Shown here: positions 34,135 to 43,596 of the stretch, piece after piece | Position numbering within the stretch: position 1 is the stretch's first letter | How the letters are laid out: each line of letters starts with the position of its first letter | Assembly (NCBI GenBank): GCA_963702425.1 | Contig: CAVPCQ010000011.1 | Span: 160,001 to 224,000, forward strand | Reading direction: 5' to 3' | Origin: an uncultured Acidobacteriota bacterium | GTDB taxonomy: Bacteria; Acidobacteriota; Polarisedimenticolia; J045 | DNA: 64,000 nt | Notes under the pieces: model-generated | The model's database searches: none | What the model was told of the DNA's origin: nothing | The model's input: only the letters and a program-made list of their open reading frames with translations | Made by a program: the position numbers and the translations under genes

Positions 34135-34313
34135 CCCTTCCTCCCCAGTCTCCCGGGTCGTCACGACCGGAGGGCGGAACCTCCCCGCGCGGGGAGCCTT
34201 CGCCGTGCTTCGCCTCTCCGGCTTTCCGCCCGCTGTTGCCGCATCACCCTCCGAGGGAGCATCGGTGCCGATTTCCGGCAGGCCGGGCGGGTCGGACGCG
34301 GCGCGGGCGACTC

Positions 34314-34343
34314 CGTATACCGCCCCTCCCGCGCCCGGGTCAA
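34314..34343 (-). promoter_or_regulatory. Sigma70-like promoter for the TonB receptor
   Basis: TTGACC-N18-TATACG, which would give a leader of about 175 nt. Confidence 0.5.
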
Positions 34344-34554
34344 GCCGGATCGGCCCAGAAGTGACGGCGCCCGGCCGGCCTGACTCGGAACGGCGAAGCG
34401 CCACAGCTTCCGGGTACCGGCCGACGGGCGGCGCGAGACCCCGCCACGCCTTCCCACGTCCCTCCACGAGCAAGAGTAGCCCGTCGGACGTCCGGGGAGA
34501 CCCGCGCCCGGACCACTCCCTGCGGCGGATTCGCCGCGGTCCCGATCCCGGGTC

Positions 34555-35958
34555 TCAGGCCTCGCGGATCCCGAGGCGCTTGATCTTCTCGTTGAGGGTC
34601 GTCGGCTTCAGACCGAGGCGTTCGGCCGCCCGCCGCTGGACGCCGCCTGACTCGTCGAGGGCCCAGCGGATCAGCGCTCGCTCGTACTCGGACACCGCGT
34701 CTTCGAAGGTCGCTCCGGGCGGGAGCCCCGGGACGACAGCCGCGGCCCGGGGCTGAAGGACCTCCTCCGGCAGCGAGTCCACCCCGATCTCGCCGGCTGG
34801 CGCCAGGAGCACGGCCCGCTCCGCCACGTTCCGCAGCTGACGGACGTTCCCCGGCCAGTCGAACCGGACGAGAGCCCGCAGCGCCTCGGACGACAGCCGA
34901 ACGCCCGGGCGCCCGTGCTCGGCTCCGAACTCCTCGAGGAAGTGCTCGACCAGGAGCGGGACATCTTCCCGGCGCTCGCGGAGCGCGGGGAGCCGGATCG
35001 TGACGACGTTCAGGCGGTAGAAGAGATCCTCCCGGAATGCGCCCTGCCGGACCCGCTCTTCGAGGTCCTCGTTGGTGGCCGCGAGGATCCGGACGTCGAC
35101 CCGGACCGGCTTGACCGATCCGAGCGGCAGGAACTCCTTCTCCTGCAGGACGCGCAGCAGCTTGGATTGAACCTCCGGCGGAAGGGTGCTGATCTCGTCA
35201 AAAAAGAGCGTCCCGCCGTCGGCGGCCTCGAACAGCCCGCGGTGTTCGGAAACCGCCCCTGTGAAGGCTCCCCGGGCGTGGCCGAACAGGTGCGACTCGA
35301 TCAGGTCGGTCGGAAGGTTCGAACTGTTGACCACGAGGAACGGGGCCTCGCTCCGCGAGCCGTGGCGGTGGATCGCGACGGCGACGAGTTCCTTGCCGGT
35401 CCCGCTCTCGCCCTGGATCAGGACCGTCGTCCGGGCCGGCGCCACCTGCTCGATCATCCGGTAGACCGCTTCCATCCCGGCGGAGCGCCCAACCAGTTCC
35501 CCGACGCGCCGCCGGTCCGCCAGCGCACGCCGCAGGCCGGCGTTCTCCTCGCGCAGCCGCCGCTGGGTGAGCGCCGTCTCGACCAGCAGCACGACCTCTT
35601 CGTTCTGGAACGGCTTCGTGAGGTAGTGGAAGGCTCCGGCCTGCATCGCCTCGACCGCAGTCTCGACCGAACCGTGCGCGGTGACCATGATCACTTCGAC
35701 CAGCGGGTGACCGGCGCGCATCGCGTGCAGGAGTGCGAGGCCGCTGGTTCCGGGCAGGAAGAGGTCGAGCAGCACGACGTCGATCGGCTCGGAGGCGAGC
35801 GCCCGTTCCGACTCGGCCGCGTTGCGCGCCAGCACGATCCGATGGCCCCGGCGCGCCAGCAGTGTGGACAGGACGTCGCGGATGACCTCCTCGTCGTCCA
35901 CCACCAGGATCGTTCCGCAGTTCGGGCCGGCCGCCGCCTCAGCCGGCAAGGCTGCCAC
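34555..35958 (-). CDS. NtrC-family sigma54-dependent response regulator
   Basis: Receiver domain (VVDDE, LLD, TKPF), GESGTGKE, GAFTGA, WPGNVRQL and Fis-type HTH. Confidence 0.95.
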   Translation of the reverse strand: MAALPAEAAAGPNCGTILVVDDEEVIRDVLSTLLARRGHRIVLARNAAESERALASEPIDVVLLDLFLPGTSGLALLHAMRAGHPLVEVIMVTAHGSVETAVEAMQAGAFHYLTKPFQNEEVVLLVETALTQRRLREENAGLRRALADRRRVGELVGRSAGMEAVYRMIEQVAPARTTVLIQGESGTGKELVAVAIHRHGSRSEAPFLVVNSSNLPTDLIESHLFGHARGAFTGAVSEHRGLFEAADGGTLFFDEISTLPPEVQSKLLRVLQEKEFLPLGSVKPVRVDVRILAATNEDLEERVRQGAFREDLFYRLNVVTIRLPALRERREDVPLLVEHFLEEFGAEHGRPGVRLSSEALRALVRFDWPGNVRQLRNVAERAVLLAPAGEIGVDSLPEEVLQPRAAAVVPGLPPGATFEDAVSEYERALIRWALDESGGVQRRAAERLGLKPTTLNEKIKRLGIREA

Positions 35959-38782
35959 GCCGCTCCTCCGTCCGGGTGCCGGCCGACGTCGCGACGCGCG
36001 CTCCGGGGAGCACCACGCGCATCACCGTGCCCCGCCCCGGCTCGCTCTCTGCGAGGAGCGTCCCCTGGTGCTCCTGCACGATCGCGTAGCTGATCGAGAG
36101 GCCGAGGCCCGTCCCCTGGCCTGGCTTCTTGGTCGTGAAGAAGGGGTCGAAGATCCGGGCCTTGACGCTCTCCGGGATCCCGACGCCGTCATCCTCGATT
36201 TCGAAAAACGCGCGCCCGCTGGGGCTGTCGCCGACGCGCACGCGCACGTGTCCGCCGGGCCGCACCGCGTCGAGCGCGTTGAGCAGGAGGTTCAGCGCGA
36301 CCTGCTGCAGCCGCGCCCGGTCCGCCAGCGCCAGGACGCGAGGGAACTCGCGCGCGGTCAGCACCGTGGCGCCGGCTTGCCGCACCTGGTGCGAGAGCAG
36401 GCCGATCGTCTCGTCGATCAGCTCTCCGAGGTCGACCGGACCGAGCGCCAGTTCCGGGGCCACCTTGGGGCGAGAGAGGCGTAGCAGGCCCCGCGCGATC
36501 CCCGAGGCGCGATCGGCCTGCTGCACGATCTTCTCCAGGAGCGGCCGGCGTGGGTCGTCGCCGCCGGTCTCCTCGAGCAGGATCTGCGCGAAGGACGAGA
36601 TGCCGGTCAGCGGCGTGTTGACCTCGTGAGCCACCCCCGCCGCCAGCAGCCCGACCGAGGCCAGCCGGTCCTGCTGGATCAGCTGCTCTTCCATGAGCAC
36701 ACGGTCGGTGACGTCATCGAGGGTCAGCAGCACGCCGTCGGTACCGTCCGCCGACGCCAGCCGGCAGGCCGCGAGGTTCACCAACCTCGCACTGGCACCG
36801 CGTCCCAGTCGGACGCGGTAGGCTCGCGCCTCGCCCTGCCGGTCGACGTGCCGCAGCATGTCGGCCACGAGCGCCGCCATCGTCGGGTCGAGCACTTCCG
36901 CATAGGGTTGCCCGAGCACCGCGGCGCGAGCGCGCGAGGACAGTCGCTCGAGCGCCGGGTTGAAGTGCCGGATCAACCCTTCGCCGTCGATCACCGCCAT
37001 CCCGATCGGGCTGCCGTCGATCAGTGCCTCGCTGCGCGCCTGGAGCCGTTGAACGAGCTCGACCTGCTCTTCCAGCCGCGCGAGGTGCTGGGCCCCGGCG
37101 ACCGCGGCGGCGGCGTGGTGCGCCACCGAACGCAGCAGGTCCAGGTCGTCGGAGTCCAGCAGCCGGGCGGTGTGCCGAGGCCCGACCGCGAGGACCGCGA
37201 TCAGCCGCTCCTCGACCGACAACGGCACCAGCACCTGGACGCGGGCGCCGTGCAGCGTCGGCAGCCGCTCGGGTGCTGCCGGGACCATCGCCAGCGACAC
37301 GACCTCGCCTCGGTCCAGGCGCCGGGCCGCGTCCGGAGGGAGCGAGTCGGGGAGCGTGTTCTGGGTCACCGGATCGATCAACCGGCCGGCGGGCGAGACG
37401 ATCAGCAGCCGAACGGCGCCGGCGTCGAGCGCCTCCGCCACGCGCCGCTCGAGGGAGCTCGCGAGCCGGGGCAGGTCGAGTTCGGCGTTGAGGTCGCGGG
37501 CCACGCGCTCGAGCGCGCGGCGGAAGCTGTGCCGGCGACGATAGTAGATCCGGCTGACCAGGTCGCGCGTGCCGGCACGGATCGCCGGCGCCAGCAGCGC
37601 GGTGATCATTGCTGCGATCAGTGCGGGCGCAAGGCCGGACGGCTGCAGCAGCGGCACCAGCGCCCAGCGTGTCAGGCTGAGCACGCCGAGGAAGAGCGTG
37701 AGCGTGAAGGCCAGGGTCGCGGTCGCCGTGACCAGCCGGCGGCCGAAGAGCGCCAGGTCCATCAGGCGGTACTCGAGCACGGCCCCGGTGAAGGCGAGCG
37801 GCACCAGCGCGAGGGGCGGAAGTGCCAGCCAGCTGAGGGCCGGCTCGGCGCCGGTCATCCACTGCGGGAAGGCCGAGAGGGCCAGGTAGGGCGCGAACCC
37901 GGCGGTCGATCCAACGAGGATCCAGCGCGCCTTGGCCCGCGCCGCGGCGTCACGCGCACGAAGCGCCGCAGCCGCCAGCAGCAGCAGGCCCAGCGACAGT
38001 CCGCTCGCGACCCAGAGCAGCTCGGCACGCGACTGAAGCAGGTCGATCAGTCCGACCGGCTCGGTGGCCAGGCGGGCCTTCCCCAGGCCGACGAGCTGGA
38101 TCTCGACGAACAACAACGCGACGGCCGGTGCATAGAGCACGGGAATCGCGGCACGAAGCCGCCGGAAGCCGGGCTCGAGCACGACGACGAGGTGGACGAA
38201 GAGGGCCGGGAAGAAGAGGCGGGCCACCCGGTCGGCCCAGAAGAGCGGCCAGTCGGCGGTGGTGCCGGCGGACGACCACGAGACGCCGACGAGCACGCCG
38301 CCCGCGAGACACCAGACGGCGTAGATCCGGTCGGCCGCGCCGCCGCGCGGCCGCAGCATCACGGCGAGCGCACCGGCGAGGAAGGCCAGCCCGACGAAGC
38401 TCCCCAGGACCCGGTCGGGGCGCCAGCGCACCAGCGCGGCCGGGACGACGCGCAGCGGCACGGTCGCGCCTTCACGAAGGACGAGCACGCCAAGCCGGTC
38501 CCCAGCGGGATGGCCGGTCAGGACCGCCTGGGCCGCGACCACGGACTCGACCGGCGCCCCCCCGAGCCGCAGCAGGCGGTCGCCTTGCTGCACGCCCGCC
38601 AATGCGGCCGGGCCGGCCGGCGCCACCCCCGTCACGGCGACGCCGAACTCCCCCTGGCTGACCTGCATGCCGTACCACGGCGTCGTCTCGCGCCAGGTCC
38701 TCAGCGCCGAGATCGCAAGCAGTCCGAGCGCCACGGCAAGCGCCGCGCAGGCGGCAGCGGTGGTGAAGCGGCGGGCGGCCAC
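35939..38782 (-). CDS. Sensor histidine kinase (PDZ, multi-TM, GAF, PAS, HisKA, HATPase)
   Basis: PDZ V.GV.PAGPAALAGVQQGDRL, TM array, AHEVNTPL, NALDA, DDGVG and FDPFFTTK..GTGLGL. Confidence 0.92.
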   Translation of the reverse strand: MAARRFTTAAACAALAVALGLLAISALRTWRETTPWYGMQVSQGEFGVAVTGVAPAGPAALAGVQQGDRLLRLGGAPVESVVAAQAVLTGHPAGDRLGVLVLREGATVPLRVVPAALVRWRPDRVLGSFVGLAFLAGALAVMLRPRGGAADRIYAVWCLAGGVLVGVSWSSAGTTADWPLFWADRVARLFFPALFVHLVVVLEPGFRRLRAAIPVLYAPAVALLFVEIQLVGLGKARLATEPVGLIDLLQSRAELLWVASGLSLGLLLLAAAALRARDAAARAKARWILVGSTAGFAPYLALSAFPQWMTGAEPALSWLALPPLALVPLAFTGAVLEYRLMDLALFGRRLVTATATLAFTLTLFLGVLSLTRWALVPLLQPSGLAPALIAAMITALLAPAIRAGTRDLVSRIYYRRRHSFRRALERVARDLNAELDLPRLASSLERRVAEALDAGAVRLLIVSPAGRLIDPVTQNTLPDSLPPDAARRLDRGEVVSLAMVPAAPERLPTLHGARVQVLVPLSVEERLIAVLAVGPRHTARLLDSDDLDLLRSVAHHAAAAVAGAQHLARLEEQVELVQRLQARSEALIDGSPIGMAVIDGEGLIRHFNPALERLSSRARAAVLGQPYAEVLDPTMAALVADMLRHVDRQGEARAYRVRLGRGASARLVNLAACRLASADGTDGVLLTLDDVTDRVLMEEQLIQQDRLASVGLLAAGVAHEVNTPLTGISSFAQILLEETGGDDPRRPLLEKIVQQADRASGIARGLLRLSRPKVAPELALGPVDLGELIDETIGLLSHQVRQAGATVLTAREFPRVLALADRARLQQVALNLLLNALDAVRPGGHVRVRVGDSPSGRAFFEIEDDGVGIPESVKARIFDPFFTTKKPGQGTGLGLSISYAIVQEHQGTLLAESEPGRGTVMRVVLPGARVATSAGTRTEERRGSLAG

Positions 38783-38799
38783 GGCCGGGCTCCCCGGGC

Positions 38800-40749
38800 C
38801 TAGAACTGCACGGCGAGGCCGCCGGAGAAGCGGCTCCGCTCGGTGAGCGCGGCCCGCACCGAGGGCGGTGGCTGGCCCTGATACTGCGCGGACTCGTAGG
38901 CCACGAGAACCGACGCGGTCGCGCCCCAGGCATCGCTGGCCAGCACGCGCTGGCGCACCCGCACCGCGCCCTGCCGCCAGGCCTCCGCACCGGACAGGAG
39001 CTCGGAGGCACCGCCAGCGTCGGTGAGCCGGTTCCAACTCAGCTCCATCGCGCTGCCGAAACGAGCCCAGCTGACCGCGATCAGCGCCTGATCGCCAGAG
39101 ATCGCCGCTTCGCCGACCACCGGCACGAGCAGCAGATCGTACGGGAGGACCGTCGCGAGTGTTCCCTCGACACGGAACCGGTCGAGCCCGACCTCGACGG
39201 AGAGCCCGTCCCATCCCGGCACCCACGAGCCACGCACCGACCAGCGCTGCGTCGAGGCGCCGCCCTGCGAGACCACGACCTGCGCCGCGCCCCCGCCTTT
39301 TCCGCCGTTCCAGGGCGCGAAGCCGGTCTCAGCCGAGCGCTGGATCGACCAGGCGTAGCCGTTGCCCTCGCCTCCGAGCCCCAGCAGGTAGACCGGAGTC
39401 GCCGGTCCGGTGGAGTCGAGCGAGGCCCCGCCCTCGGCACGCACTGCGATCCCAGGGATGAACTCCCAGCGGAGGCCGGCGGTCATGCCACCGACCGTCG
39501 CCGCCCACGGCCCGCGGCTGGTGGAGGCCATCGTACGACCCACGAGGATGACCTCCTCCGAGAGGCGTACACGGTCGAGCAGGAGAACCGTGCCACCGGA
39601 GGCGCCGATGTCCTGCAGGGTCGCGCGCGGCGCGGTCCGCTCGAGCGGCGAAGCAAGCTGCCCGGCGGCCGCGGTCCAGCCGGTGTCGGCGGACTGCGCT
39701 CCGGCTGAGAGTTCGACATCGTGCCTGCCGTGAGTCGTGTTCCAGCTGACCCCGAACGATGCGCGGTAGGCCCGGAACGGATCGGCGGGCGAGGCGTTCA
39801 CGCCGCCGACCGACTCGCTGCCCGCGAGCGTCTCGGCGTCGAAGACGAGGCCGAGCAGGTCGCCTTCGCCAGCGCGCAGCGAGGCCGCGTGCAGCCGCTG
39901 GCCGTCGAACGAGCTGTCGAACGACCCGGTGCCGGGCACCCGCCCCTGGCGCTCGTCCCTCACGCCGCCCAGCTGCGCCTCAATCGAGCCCAGCCCCGTT
40001 TCGATCGGCACGATCCAGGACAGCTGGAGTGCGTCGGCGATCCCTTCCAGGCCGGAGGAGGAACCGTCCGTCACGCGAACGAAGTCGATGCCGAGCGGCC
40101 CGACGGCGGCCAGGTCCAGCCAGGCGCCGAGATGGGCCGACATCCCGCGACCGTCCCCCGCGCCGTCCTCGACCCGTCCGCCGGCCACCTCGACGAGAAC
40201 CGCCTGCTCGCGCCGTGCGCCCGCGTCGGGCACCTGCGAGAGGACCGCCGGCACGCTCTGATCGACATCTTCGAGCAGGTCTCTCGACGGAAGGCGCAGC
40301 GCCCAGCGGCGCCCGTCGGGCGCGACGCCGGGGGCCGGGGCGGCACTGCTCGGGCGCAGGATCAATTGCAGCGTCTCGCGGGCCAGCGTGCTGACCTTGC
40401 CGACCAGCACCGCGTAGCCGGCCTTCGCGGCAACGAGGCGATAGTCTCCCGCGGGCACGCCCTCGAACTCGAAGCGACCCTCTCCGTCGGTTTGAGTTGC
40501 GAAGAGAACCGCGGCGGCGCCGGCCGAAGCGGCCCACGGCGCGATCCGGATCTCCACGCCGGCGAGCGCGATGCCGGCGTCATCGACGGCGACGCCCGCG
40601 AGCGGGTGCGGCCCGGCAGATGCCGGCCCGGCGGCCCAGGCCGTCGGGGCCAGTGGCCCCGCGAGGAACAGGATCGCGACGAGCACGGTGACCGCGACCG
40701 ATACAGCGTGCCGCAAGGCGGCCGGTCTTTCGGCGGTTGGTACGGCCAT
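38800..40749 (-). CDS. Secreted carboxypeptidase-regulatory-like domain protein, probable outer-membrane beta-barrel
   Basis: Signal peptide; TDGEGRFEFEGVPAGDYRLVAAKAGY; amphipathic strands; C-terminal beta-signal-like GGLAVQF. Confidence 0.7.
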   Translation of the reverse strand: MAVPTAERPAALRHAVSVAVTVLVAILFLAGPLAPTAWAAGPASAGPHPLAGVAVDDAGIALAGVEIRIAPWAASAGAAAVLFATQTDGEGRFEFEGVPAGDYRLVAAKAGYAVLVGKVSTLARETLQLILRPSSAAPAPGVAPDGRRWALRLPSRDLLEDVDQSVPAVLSQVPDAGARREQAVLVEVAGGRVEDGAGDGRGMSAHLGAWLDLAAVGPLGIDFVRVTDGSSSGLEGIADALQLSWIVPIETGLGSIEAQLGGVRDERQGRVPGTGSFDSSFDGQRLHAASLRAGEGDLLGLVFDAETLAGSESVGGVNASPADPFRAYRASFGVSWNTTHGRHDVELSAGAQSADTGWTAAAGQLASPLERTAPRATLQDIGASGGTVLLLDRVRLSEEVILVGRTMASTSRGPWAATVGGMTAGLRWEFIPGIAVRAEGGASLDSTGPATPVYLLGLGGEGNGYAWSIQRSAETGFAPWNGGKGGGAAQVVVSQGGASTQRWSVRGSWVPGWDGLSVEVGLDRFRVEGTLATVLPYDLLLVPVVGEAAISGDQALIAVSWARFGSAMELSWNRLTDAGGASELLSGAEAWRQGAVRVRQRVLASDAWGATASVLVAYESAQYQGQPPPSVRAALTERSRFSGGLAVQF

Positions 40750-40912
40750 CTGTCGCCTCCCTCGCCCGCTCCGCCTGCAACAACACCGCGGGCGCCCGGA
40801 GGTTGCGCCACCTGCCGCGGATCCTGCGCATCCGCCGGGCCCTACACTTATTATGGCATCGGCTTCCCCGGGAGGTTCCCTCAGGGCGGGCCCATGCGGT
40901 GCGGATGCTGAA

Positions 40913-41830
40913 ATGCCTAACATCCACAATTGTTCAAAGTATTTCATATTAGCCGTTCCGGGTGCGCTCATGCTCGCCGCCTTGGCCGGGGGGGCGTCGA
41001 TTCCCGCGCGCGCGGAGGGGGGGCTCCCCCCGGTCCGCCTGGTCCATGACACGGTGGTCAGCCTCAGGGTCCAACTCACGTTGCGCAGCCCGGAAGGGGT
41101 GCTCGGGACCGCCGAGGAGACGCTCCACGGTCTGGCCGGCGAGACGCTGGTGCTCGCGCGGTCGCTGGGAGACGGACCACGGCCCCTCTCGGTCGTGCTG
41201 ACGGTCGTTCCCCACGCCGACGAAAGCGGTTCCTGCCGGCTCGAGGTTCGCTCGGAAGTCTCTCGCGGGCAGCCGGTGCCGATCGTCGCCAGTCGCATTC
41301 TGACGACCGCTTCCGAGCGGCTCAGCCTGGTCGACATCTGGACCGACCGCGCCGATCGGCTGCGACTCGTCGCGGCCTTCACGGCCAGCTGGGAGATCGT
41401 CCCGCGGCTGACCGCGCTGGCGCCGGAGAGCGAACCTGTCGAACTGCTCTTCGAGCTCGTCGATGCAACCGACCCCGCCCGGCCCGAGCTGATCGAGCGG
41501 CACCGCCTGGGAGGGATCGTCGGCGCGAAGACGCTCTACACGTTCGCCCAGGCCGCGGGGAAGCCCGTCTCGAGCACGGGCCGGGCCCTCGCCGGCAGCG
41601 ATCACGCGGGCGCACGGCTGGTGCTGGAGGCCCTGCCGCAGTCGATCGATGCCGGTCTCCTGACGCTGGCGCTGCGGCTGCAGTACCAGACGACGGATCC
41701 TGCAGCTCCCGTCCCGCCGCTCGACCTGTCGCTCGAGGATCGCGTGCCGCCGGGCAGCGGCGTCGAGATCGCGCTGCCGAGGAAACCCGGCGAACCGGCG
41801 CTCCTGTTCAGGGTCACGCCCTATTTCTGA
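40913..41830 (+). CDS. Hypothetical exported beta-rich protein
   Basis: Signal-like N-terminus (..ARA-EG), two similar beta-rich halves, ends FRVTPYF; start uncertain. Confidence 0.6.
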   Translation: MPNIHNCSKYFILAVPGALMLAALAGGASIPARAEGGLPPVRLVHDTVVSLRVQLTLRSPEGVLGTAEETLHGLAGETLVLARSLGDGPRPLSVVLTVVPHADESGSCRLEVRSEVSRGQPVPIVASRILTTASERLSLVDIWTDRADRLRLVAAFTASWEIVPRLTALAPESEPVELLFELVDATDPARPELIERHRLGGIVGAKTLYTFAQAAGKPVSSTGRALAGSDHAGARLVLEALPQSIDAGLLTLALRLQYQTTDPAAPVPPLDLSLEDRVPPGSGVEIALPRKPGEPALLFRVTPYF

Positions 41831-41845
41831 CGGTACTATGGGCGC

Positions 41846-42139
41846 ATGGGCCGTGACGTGATCTCCGCGGCGGAGGTGCGCCGGATCGCTGCTCTGGCGC
41901 GGCTCGCGTTGACCGAGGACGAGGTCCGCGGCCTGGCGCGCGACCTATCGGCGATCCTCGACTACGTGGTGCTCCTCGACGCGCTCGAGCTGCCGGAGGG
42001 CGCGCCGCTCCCTTTCTCCGGTCCCGCTGCCACCCGATCCGACCTCCCCGCCGCGTCGCTCGACGAGCGGTCGGCGCTGGCCGGCGCGCCCATGGTCGCG
42101 CGCGGCCATTTCATCGTCCCCCGCGTGGTCGGACCGTGA
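41846..42139 (+). CDS. gatC: Asp/Glu-tRNA amidotransferase subunit C
   Basis: EVRRIAALARL..L..ILDYV..L..AP..HFIVPRV. Confidence 0.92.
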   Translation: MGRDVISAAEVRRIAALARLALTEDEVRGLARDLSAILDYVVLLDALELPEGAPLPFSGPAATRSDLPAASLDERSALAGAPMVARGHFIVPRVVGP

Positions 42140-43596
42140 GCGCCGCGGCGCGCCCGAGCGCGCGCTCGATCGCGGCTGCGGTACGCGCGGGAGAGTTGAC
42201 GGCCGAGGAGTCGGTGGGCCGCGCGCTGGCGGCGATCGAGCGCCGGGCGGGGCTGCACGCCTTCCTCGCGGTCGACCGCGACGGCGCGATGGAGGAGGCC
42301 CGCGCCCAGGACCGCCGACGCACCGCCGGCCTTGCTCCGGGGCCGCTCGCCGGAGTGCCGCTGGCAGTGAAGGACAACCTCTGCACGCGCGGGCTCCCGA
42401 CGACGTGCGGCTCGCGCATCCTCGAAGGCTTCGTGCCGCCCTACGACGCGACCGCGGTCGAGCGGCTGATCGCCGCCGGGGCGATCGTCGTCGGCAAGAC
42501 CAACTGCGACGAGTTCGGGATGGGCTCGTCGAACGAGAACTCGGCCTTCGGCCCGGTCGCGCATCCCGCGGACCCCGAACGGGTGCCGGGTGGGTCGTCG
42601 GGCGGGTCCGCGGCCGCGGTCGCCGCCGGCCTCGTCCCGCTGGCGCTCGGGAGCGACACCGGCGGCTCGGTCCGCCAGCCGGCGAGCTTCTGCGGCATCG
42701 TCGGGCTGAAGCCGACCTACGGCCGCGTGTCGCGTTGGGGGCTCGCCGCGTTCGCGTCGTCGCTCGACCAGGTCGGGCCACTCGCGAGTGACGTCCGCGA
42801 CGCCGCGCTGGCGCTCTCGCTGATGGCGGGCGCGGACGGACGCGATGCGACCGCCTCGCCCGCGCCGGTCCCCGACTATCTCGCGGCGCTCGAGGACAGC
42901 CCGCGCGGACTGCGCGTCGGCCTGCTGCGCCGACTGGCCGAGAGCGAGGGGACCGAGGCGGCAGTGCGCGAGGCGGTGCTGGGGGCGGCGGCGGCGCTGG
43001 CCGCGGACGGCGCGCTGGTCGAGGAGGCGGAGTTCGCGCTCGCCGCCTACGGCGTCCCGATCTACGCCCTCGTCGCCACCGCCGAGGCCTCGTCCAACCT
43101 GGCCCGCTACGACGGCGTCCGCTTCGGCCGCCGCGCGGAGGGCGCCACGGATGCCCGCGGCATGATCGAGTCGTCGCGCGGTGACGGGTTCGGACCGGAG
43201 GTCAAGCGGCGGATCATGCTCGGGACCTTCGCGCTCTCGGCGGGGTACTACGACGCGTACTACGGCCGTGCGATGCAGGCCCGCGCGCGGCTCGCCGCAG
43301 AACTGGACGCGCTCCTCGCGCGTTTCGACGTCCTGCTGCTTCCGACCAGTCCCGGCGTGGCGTTCCGGCGCGGCGAGCGGCTGGACGACCCACTGGCGAT
43401 GTACCTCTCGGACGTCTTCACCGTCGCCGCCAACCTCGGCGGTCACCCGGCGATCTCGATCCCCGGGCCGCGCACCTCGCCCGGGCTTCCGGTCGGCGTG
43501 CAGCTCATCGCGCGCCGCTTCGACGAGCCGACGCTCTTCCGCGCCGCGCTGGCGCTCGAGGAGCGGGGTTTCGCCGCGGCCGCCGACGTCCACTAG
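42136..43596 (+). CDS. gatA: Asp/Glu-tRNA amidotransferase subunit A
   Basis: KDN, GKTNCDEFGMGSS, GGSSGGS, SDTGGSVRQP, ASSNLARYDG and EVKRRIMLG. Confidence 0.96.
   Translation: MSAAARPSARSIAAAVRAGELTAEESVGRALAAIERRAGLHAFLAVDRDGAMEEARAQDRRRTAGLAPGPLAGVPLAVKDNLCTRGLPTTCGSRILEGFVPPYDATAVERLIAAGAIVVGKTNCDEFGMGSSNENSAFGPVAHPADPERVPGGSSGGSAAAVAAGLVPLALGSDTGGSVRQPASFCGIVGLKPTYGRVSRWGLAAFASSLDQVGPLASDVRDAALALSLMAGADGRDATASPAPVPDYLAALEDSPRGLRVGLLRRLAESEGTEAAVREAVLGAAAALAADGALVEEAEFALAAYGVPIYALVATAEASSNLARYDGVRFGRRAEGATDARGMIESSRGDGFGPEVKRRIMLGTFALSAGYYDAYYGRAMQARARLAAELDALLARFDVLLLPTSPGVAFRRGERLDDPLAMYLSDVFTVAANLGGHPAISIPGPRTSPGLPVGVQLIARRFDEPTLFRAALALEERGFAAAADVH

Noticed and set aside
34135-34554. 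Sigma54 (-24/-12) promoter for the TonB receptor
   Set aside because: No convincing TGGCAC-N5-TTGC found by eye; a sigma70-like promoter fits better.
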